64,000 nucleotides of DNA from Gemmatimonadaceae bacterium (GTDB taxonomy: Bacteria > Gemmatimonadota > Gemmatimonadetes > Gemmatimonadales > Gemmatimonadaceae), in the NCBI GenBank assembly GCA_036507855.1, contig DATCIJ010000073.1, positions 4,433-68,432 on the forward strand. The letters are read 5' to 3'. The notes beneath the pieces are model-generated. The model worked only from the letters and a program-made list of their open reading frames with translations, did not search any database and had not been told where the DNA came from. This document shows positions 58,967 through 64,000 of this stretch, one piece after another. Numbering within the stretch: the first letter of the stretch is position 1; each line of letters starts with the position of its first letter. Made by a program: the position numbers and the translations under genes.

Positions 58967-60105
58967 CGCAGTTTCAGGGTCGTAAGGGCGACGAAGGCGC
59001 ACAGGATGCCAAGAATCCAGAAGCGCACCACGACCTGGGATTCCGTCCAACCCTTCATTTCGAAATGATGATGAAGGGGCGCTTTGCGGAACAGCCGGTT
59101 CGCCTTCGCATACTCGATGCCGTGGCGCGCCTTTCGAAACTTGAACACTCCACGCTGCAGGATGACCGACATCGTCTCAGCGACAAACACCCCGCCGATG
59201 AACAGGAGCAGGAATTCGGACTTGAGCAGGATGGCGATCGCGCCGATGGCGCCCCCGAGCGCGAGCGCTCCGGTATCGCCCATGAAGACCTCGGCAGGGT
59301 GCGCGTTGAACCACAGGAACCCGGTGCACGCACCAGCGAGCGCCAGGCAGAACACGGCGAGTTCACCGGAGCCCGGCAGGTAGAACAACTGGAGGTACTC
59401 GCTGGCGTCGACGCGCCCCATGACGTAGGCGAACAGTCCGAACGTCACGAGCGCGATGGCGGAGAGACCGGCGGACAGTCCATCCAGTCCGTCGGCGAGG
59501 TTCACGGAGTTACTGACGCCGGTGAGAATGAAGGTCACCCAACCGACGTACAGCCACTCGAGCGCGGGCCAGGCGGGAACGATGATGATGTACTTGAAGA
59601 ACGGGAGCGTCGCCGATGCGCCGGGCAACGTGGACAGCGGCACCCTCCAGAGCAGGATGCCCACCATGAGTCCGATGGTGATCTGGCCGGCGAGCTTGTA
59701 GCGCTCGACCAGCCCGGCCACGTCGCGCCCTTCACGCTTCTGCTTGAGCTTCAGGTAGTCGTCGAGAAACCCGATGCCGCCCATCCAGATCGTCACGATC
59801 AGCGCGACGATGACATACGGGTTGTCCAGGCGGGTCCAGAGCACCGCCGGTCCGATTCCCGCGGCCAGCAGTATCAACCCACCCATCGTCGGCGTGGCGG
59901 CCTTCCCCTTGTGCGAATCCGGCGTGCCCTGCCGAACGCCCTGCTGGACCTTCATCGCGCGCAGCCGGCGGATGATCGGCGGTCCGACCAGGAACGACAG
60001 CAGCAACGCCGTGACCGCCGCGCCCGCACCCCGGAACGCGAGGTAGTTGATCAGCCTCAGCGTCGGGATTTCATCCTGGAGCGGGGACAGAAGCCAGTGA
60101 AGCAC
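58963..60105 (-). CDS. mraY: phospho-N-acetylmuramoyl-pentapeptide transferase
   Basis: GTPTMGG, NAVNLTDGLDGL-type (NSVNLADGLDGL) and PLHHHFE motifs. GTG start at 60105 (checked). Confidence 0.95.
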   Translation of the reverse strand: MLHWLLSPLQDEIPTLRLINYLAFRGAGAAVTALLLSFLVGPPIIRRLRAMKVQQGVRQGTPDSHKGKAATPTMGGLILLAAGIGPAVLWTRLDNPYVIVALIVTIWMGGIGFLDDYLKLKQKREGRDVAGLVERYKLAGQITIGLMVGILLWRVPLSTLPGASATLPFFKYIIIVPAWPALEWLYVGWVTFILTGVSNSVNLADGLDGLSAGLSAIALVTFGLFAYVMGRVDASEYLQLFYLPGSGELAVFCLALAGACTGFLWFNAHPAEVFMGDTGALALGGAIGAIAILLKSEFLLLFIGGVFVAETMSVILQRGVFKFRKARHGIEYAKANRLFRKAPLHHHFEMKGWTESQVVVRFWILGILCAFVALTTLKLR

Positions 60106-60140
60106 AGATGGGAGATGTGAGATGGGAGATTTGAGATAAG
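60106..60140. repeat. heptanucleotide repeat block (minus strand ATCTCAA ATCTCCC ATCTCAC ATCTCCC ATCT) abutting the mraY start codon
   Basis: Read directly. Shares CTCCCATCTCAC(R)TCTC with the block in front of the PfkB-family gene at 23645. Confidence 0.85.
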
Positions 60141-60153
60141 CTGCTCGATCTGA

Positions 60154-61515
60154 TTACGCTGAGGACCAATCCTGCAGTAGAGGCACGAGACGCTCGAGGC
60201 GCACGCCGCGAGACGCCTTCAGCATAACGATAGCATCGCGTGGAAGCCGGGACGCCAGAGACTGCCAGAGTTCCGGGACATCGGGCGCGGTCAGGACTCG
60301 ATCACGGGCGTCGCTGCGCGCTGACAGGGGCGCGACGAAATCTCCGATTCCGGCAACCAGCACGGCGCCTGACGACAGCGCCCTCCCGGCGATTTCCTCG
60401 TGCAGCGCCGGAGACTGAGGTCCAAGTTCGCGCATCGTGCCGAGCACCAGGACACGAGGCTTGCCGCCGTCGAGCGAGTCGAGCAGGGCGATCGCCTCGC
60501 GCATGGACGCCGGGTTGGCGTTGTAGGCGTCGTTGATGATTGTCAGATCGCCGCTGGTCATCCACCGCCCTCGCATGTCGAGGGGCTCCACCCGCGAGAT
60601 GCCCGCGGCGGCAACGTCGTCAGGAATACCGCAGGCTCTGGCGACAGCCATCGCCAGCATGGCATTCCGCAGATTGTGGGCGCCGGGCACCCGCATCGAG
60701 ATCCGCGTGTCAGCAAACGAGGCCCAGCCGCGCCCGTCGCTGTTCATGCCCCATCGATCGGGATGCACGTCTCCGCCATCGAGACCCGCCTCAATGACTC
60801 GACCAGCCCGGGATCGCGCCGCGCGCCCAATCTCGGGTTGCGCGGTCGGGGCGACACCAAGAGGAACGCGGTCATAGATCGCGGCCTCTTCATTCAGCAC
60901 ACCTTCCAGCGAGCCCAGTCCTTCGAGGTGCTCCTCGCCGATCGACGTCACAACCGACAGGTCGGGTGACACGATGCGACGGAGGAGTCCCACTTCGCCG
61001 GGGATGCTCGTGCCGACTTCCACGACAGCGACCTGCGCGTTCGACGGCAACCGCAACAGGGTCAACGGCACCCCGACCTGGTTGTTCAGGTTTCCCGTCG
61101 TGGCGTAGACGTCGAGGGATCCTGACAACGCCGCCCGGATGAACTCCTTCGTGGTCGTCTTGCCGTTGGAGCCCGCCACGGCCACGACCGTGCCGCCCCA
61201 GACTCCGCGCCACCAGGCGCCTAACGCGCCCAGCGCCCGCGTCGTGTCCCGGACGGCGATGACGGGAACACCAGGGCCAACGGTGCCGGAAGGATCGTCC
61301 ACGACGAGCGCCGAGGCGCCCGCGCTGGCCGCTTGTGCGAGAAAGTCATGTCCGTCGAAACGTTCGCCGCGAAGGGCGACGAAGATGTCGCCCGACGCCA
61401 GTGTCCTGGTGTCGGTAGAGACGTTGCCAAGTACCGAAGTCCCCGCGGGCCTCGCCGACGGCTGCAACTCCGCGCGCAGCGCCTCCCCGAGGCGATCGAG
61501 GGTCCAGGTCATCAT
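60154..61515 (-). CDS. murF: UDP-N-acetylmuramoyl-tripeptide--D-alanyl-D-alanine ligase
   Basis: GSNGKTTT P-loop, Mur ligase middle and C-terminal domains. ATGA overlap with murE. Confidence 0.9.
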   Translation of the reverse strand: MMTWTLDRLGEALRAELQPSARPAGTSVLGNVSTDTRTLASGDIFVALRGERFDGHDFLAQAASAGASALVVDDPSGTVGPGVPVIAVRDTTRALGALGAWWRGVWGGTVVAVAGSNGKTTTKEFIRAALSGSLDVYATTGNLNNQVGVPLTLLRLPSNAQVAVVEVGTSIPGEVGLLRRIVSPDLSVVTSIGEEHLEGLGSLEGVLNEEAAIYDRVPLGVAPTAQPEIGRAARSRAGRVIEAGLDGGDVHPDRWGMNSDGRGWASFADTRISMRVPGAHNLRNAMLAMAVARACGIPDDVAAAGISRVEPLDMRGRWMTSGDLTIINDAYNANPASMREAIALLDSLDGGKPRVLVLGTMRELGPQSPALHEEIAGRALSSGAVLVAGIGDFVAPLSARSDARDRVLTAPDVPELWQSLASRLPRDAIVMLKASRGVRLERLVPLLQDWSSA

Positions 61516-62984
61516 GGCTGGCCGGCCGGCTGTGCCGCGAGCTCACGAACGATCGCCTGCTCATCGAATGGCAGCGACGTCGTTCCGCGGATCTGGTATG
61601 TCTCATGGCCCTTTCCGGCCAGGAGCACGAGATCGTCGGGTGAAGCGAGGGCAAGCGCGCGGGCAATCGCTGCGCGCCGGTCCTCGATTCGCTCGTGATT
61701 CCTGCCCCGCATACCGCGCTCGATGTCGTCGAGGATGCGCTCCGGATCTTCCGTGCGCGGGTTGTCGCTGGTGATTATCACCTGGTCAGCTCTTGATTCG
61801 GCGATGGCGCCCATTTGAGGACGCTTGCCGCGATCGCGGTCTCCGCCACAACCGAAAACGACGATCAATCGCCCGCCGACAAAGGGGCGCACGGCATCCA
61901 GCGCACGATCGAGTGCATCCGGGGTGTGCGCGTAGTCCCTCAGGACCGCTGGCTTGTCCAGCAATCGTTCAAGGCGGCCCGGCACTTGCGGTGACGACGA
62001 GAGGCGCTCGGCCACGCTATCCAATGATTGGCCCAGTGCCCACGCCGCGGCGGCAGCGCCCAGCGCGTTGGCGACGTTGAACGCGCCGAGCAGCGGCAAC
62101 GAGACGCTGGCGCGTTCGGTGCCGGCCGACAGCGTCCATTCGCTTCCCCGCGCCGTCCAACGGATACCCGTGGCGGCAACGTCGGCCGGGACAGCCATGC
62201 CGAACCGGACGCGCCGGCGGCGGACAGGCAGGACGTCCCACGCGCGATCGTCGGCGTTGACCACCTCCACGCCGTCACTGGCGACATAGTCGAGCAGCCG
62301 CGCCTTGGCTCTCACGTATGCCTCCATGGTCTGGTGGTAATCGAGGTGATCTCTGGTGACGTTAGTGAAGACCGCCGCCTGAAACGTCACGCCCTCGACG
62401 CGCCGCTGGTCGAGGCTGTGCGAGGATACTTCCATCGCCACGCGCCGTACGCCCGAGTCTTTCAGTTGGCGCAGGACGCGCTGGAGTTCCACGACTCCTG
62501 GCGTGGTGAGGCCGCTGCCTCCCGGAATCACTTCACCGGCGCTGCCACGCAGTACGCCCAGCGTGCCAATCGATGCCGCCGCGGCGCCGGGATCGTGAAG
62601 CTGGTGTCGGAGCAACCCGACGGTAGTGGTCTTTCCGTTGGTTCCCGTGACACCCACCATCGTCAGGCCCGCGGCGGGATCACCGAAGGCCGCGCGCGCC
62701 ACCACGCCCGCGGCATGGCGGGCGTCGTGCACGACGAAGGCAGGAAGGCTGCAGCGCGATACATCCTCGACGATCGCCGCGGTGGCGCCTGACGTGGCCG
62801 CCACGCCCAGGTAGTCATGGCCATCGAACGCCGCGCCGCGCATCGCCACGAACAGGGCGCCCCTGGTGACGCGCCGGCTGTCATCCGTGATGTCGGTGAA
62901 CGAGTCAGGCATGCTGCCTGACGAGCGCAATTCCCCGCTCCGCGACAACGCGTCTTCGATCGCCCGGGCGGTGATGGCGTTCAC
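61512..62984 (-). CDS. murE: UDP-N-acetylmuramoyl-L-alanyl-D-glutamate--2,6-diaminopimelate ligase
   Basis: GTNGKTTT P-loop and a DNPR motif (TSDNPRTEDP) typical of meso-DAP-adding MurE. GTG start overlaps the ftsI stop. Confidence 0.9.
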   Translation of the reverse strand: MNAITARAIEDALSRSGELRSSGSMPDSFTDITDDSRRVTRGALFVAMRGAAFDGHDYLGVAATSGATAAIVEDVSRCSLPAFVVHDARHAAGVVARAAFGDPAAGLTMVGVTGTNGKTTTVGLLRHQLHDPGAAAASIGTLGVLRGSAGEVIPGGSGLTTPGVVELQRVLRQLKDSGVRRVAMEVSSHSLDQRRVEGVTFQAAVFTNVTRDHLDYHQTMEAYVRAKARLLDYVASDGVEVVNADDRAWDVLPVRRRRVRFGMAVPADVAATGIRWTARGSEWTLSAGTERASVSLPLLGAFNVANALGAAAAAWALGQSLDSVAERLSSSPQVPGRLERLLDKPAVLRDYAHTPDALDRALDAVRPFVGGRLIVVFGCGGDRDRGKRPQMGAIAESRADQVIITSDNPRTEDPERILDDIERGMRGRNHERIEDRRAAIARALALASPDDLVLLAGKGHETYQIRGTTSLPFDEQAIVRELAAQPAGQP

Positions 62985-64000
62985 CGACGCGCGACCCTCA
63001 CCAGCGTTCCCCCCACGACCAGGGTCCCCGGGGGCGGAGACACCTCGAACGGCACGCCGCTGACGATGGCGACGCGCAGGCCGGCCCGGTGCAGCTCGCG
63101 GGCGGCCACACGAACCGGAAGACCGCGCACATCGGGAATGGTCACGCGCTCCCGCGCGGCGGGCCTGGTGGACTCCGCGCGCAGGTCGAAACGGGCACGC
63201 GCCGGCGGGGGCATGGGCGTCGAGTCGACGAGTGCATAACGAGGCTGCGGCGGCGGCACGTCCGCCCCCACGCGGCCGGTCGCCACGACGCGGCGCGTGG
63301 TCGAGGACTCCTCGGGCGGTGGTACGTATCGCGCGCGCTGCATGGCCAGGTCACCCCGGTCAAGCGACGCGTCGCGCGCGGCGATCGCGGCCTGCAGCAC
63401 GGCCTTTGCCACGGGCGCCGCGGTCTTTCCGCCGTAGTAGGCCCCACGCGGGTTGTCGAGCTTCACCAGCACGACGTACTGGGGTTCCTTCGCCGGGAAG
63501 AGTCCCACGAAGGTCGACGTGTAGCTCCCGTCGACATACCTCCCATTCGAAACGCCACGGGCCGTTCCGCTCTTTCCGCCGAGGTCGAAGGTCGCCAGGC
63601 TGGCATCGGTGGCGGTGCCGCTGTCGACGACGCTCGCCAGCACGTCCCGAAGCGCGCGCGCCGTTCTCGGTTTGAGCACCCGACGCACCAGTTGCGGGCG
63701 ATGCTCGTACACCAACTCGCCATCGGCATCGCGGATCGACTTGACCAGCGTGGGAACGAGGAGGAGACCGTCGTTGGCGATGGCGCCGTACGCGGCGGCG
63801 AGTTGCACCGCCGTGACCGAGATTTCGTATCCAATGGCCATCGACGCCTGACTGGGACAGCTCCAGAGGCGTGGCTCCTTGAGCCGCCCGCTCGCCTCGG
63901 ACGCGTACGCGATACCCGTCGGCGTCCCGAATCCGAAGTCTCGCAGGATTTCAAAGACCTCCCGCCTGGACAGCCGCTCCGTGAAGCGGGCGATCCCGAT
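62981..64000 (-). CDS. ftsI: penicillin-binding protein FtsI/PBP3, C-terminal part (5' end beyond window), with one C-terminal PASTA-like domain
   Basis: The frame is open from 64000 (own translation IGIARFTERLSRREVFEILRDFGFGTPTGIAYASEASGRL... joins the track ORF). Contains a KSGTA motif (GKSGTARG). The tail VTIPDVRGLPVRVAARELHRAGLRVAIVSG...GTLVRV is PASTA-like. Confidence 0.85.
   Translation of the reverse strand: MGIARFTERLSRREVFEILRDFGFGTPTGIAYASEASGRLKEPRLWSCPSQASMAIGYEISVTAVQLAAAYGAIANDGLLLVPTLVKSIRDADGELVYEHRPQLVRRVLKPRTARALRDVLASVVDSGTATDASLATFDLGGKSGTARGVSNGRYVDGSYTSTFVGLFPAKEPQYVVLVKLDNPRGAYYGGKTAAPVAKAVLQAAIAARDASLDRGDLAMQRARYVPPPEESSTTRRVVATGRVGADVPPPQPRYALVDSTPMPPPARARFDLRAESTRPAARERVTIPDVRGLPVRVAARELHRAGLRVAIVSGVPFEVSPPPGTLVVGGTLVRVARR

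Overview
High-GC (roughly 65-70% G+C by eye) bacterial chromosomal core segment. I call 59 protein-coding genes, 57 of them on the minus strand. They sit in long co-directional strings with about 20 four-nucleotide stop/start overlaps (ATGA/GTGA/TTGA). The supplied ORF track prints alternative GTG/TTG starts as M, and I checked many start codons directly in the DNA.

Reading the minus strand from 64000 down to 1:
- dcw cluster ftsI(partial)-murE-murF-mraY-murD-ftsW-murG-murC-ftsQ-ftsA-ftsZ
- an M23 peptidase coupled to ftsZ, a large membrane protein, ftsY, recG
- asnS, a DinB-family protein
- alr-deoB-cdd
- lipoprotein + outer-membrane barrel + sensorless histidine kinase + mtaB + miaB
- comFB-comEC, fbp, a methylmalonyl-CoA mutase catalytic subunit
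- FmdB zinc ribbon-argS, a PfkB kinase, purM
- ribD-ribE-ribBA-ribH-nusB, a glycosyltransferase
- hpf-hprK-EIIA/B/C/D(Man)-ptsH-ptsI, metK, a DUF151 nuclease-family protein, a secreted/membrane hypothetical
- a clear cobalamin riboswitch driving btuF-btuC-btuD-TonB receptor, which runs on into recO-selB
- the 5' end of a secreted-protein gene

Only mazG and a HAMP histidine kinase are on the plus strand. I saw no rRNA, tRNA, CRISPR, transposase, integrase or recognisable defence island. No novel multi-gene system is evident.

The unusual signals are at the DNA level:
1. A 7/8-mer, CGTTAGG(C), occurs about 24 times. It is built from otherwise very rare codons (TTA, CCT, AGG, CTA, a TAG stop) in every frame and on both strands, which argues for selection on the DNA word itself.
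2. STRR-like heptanucleotide tandem-repeat blocks fill short intergenic spacers. Some form inverted pairs, some abut start codons, and one pair extends two convergent ORFs.
3. A 16-17 bp inverted repeat, CTAGTGCCGTTCCAA, is present as two full hairpin elements plus one variant half-site.

Gene content and composition suggest a high-GC diderm lineage such as Gemmatimonadota. That is only a guess and cannot be verified here.
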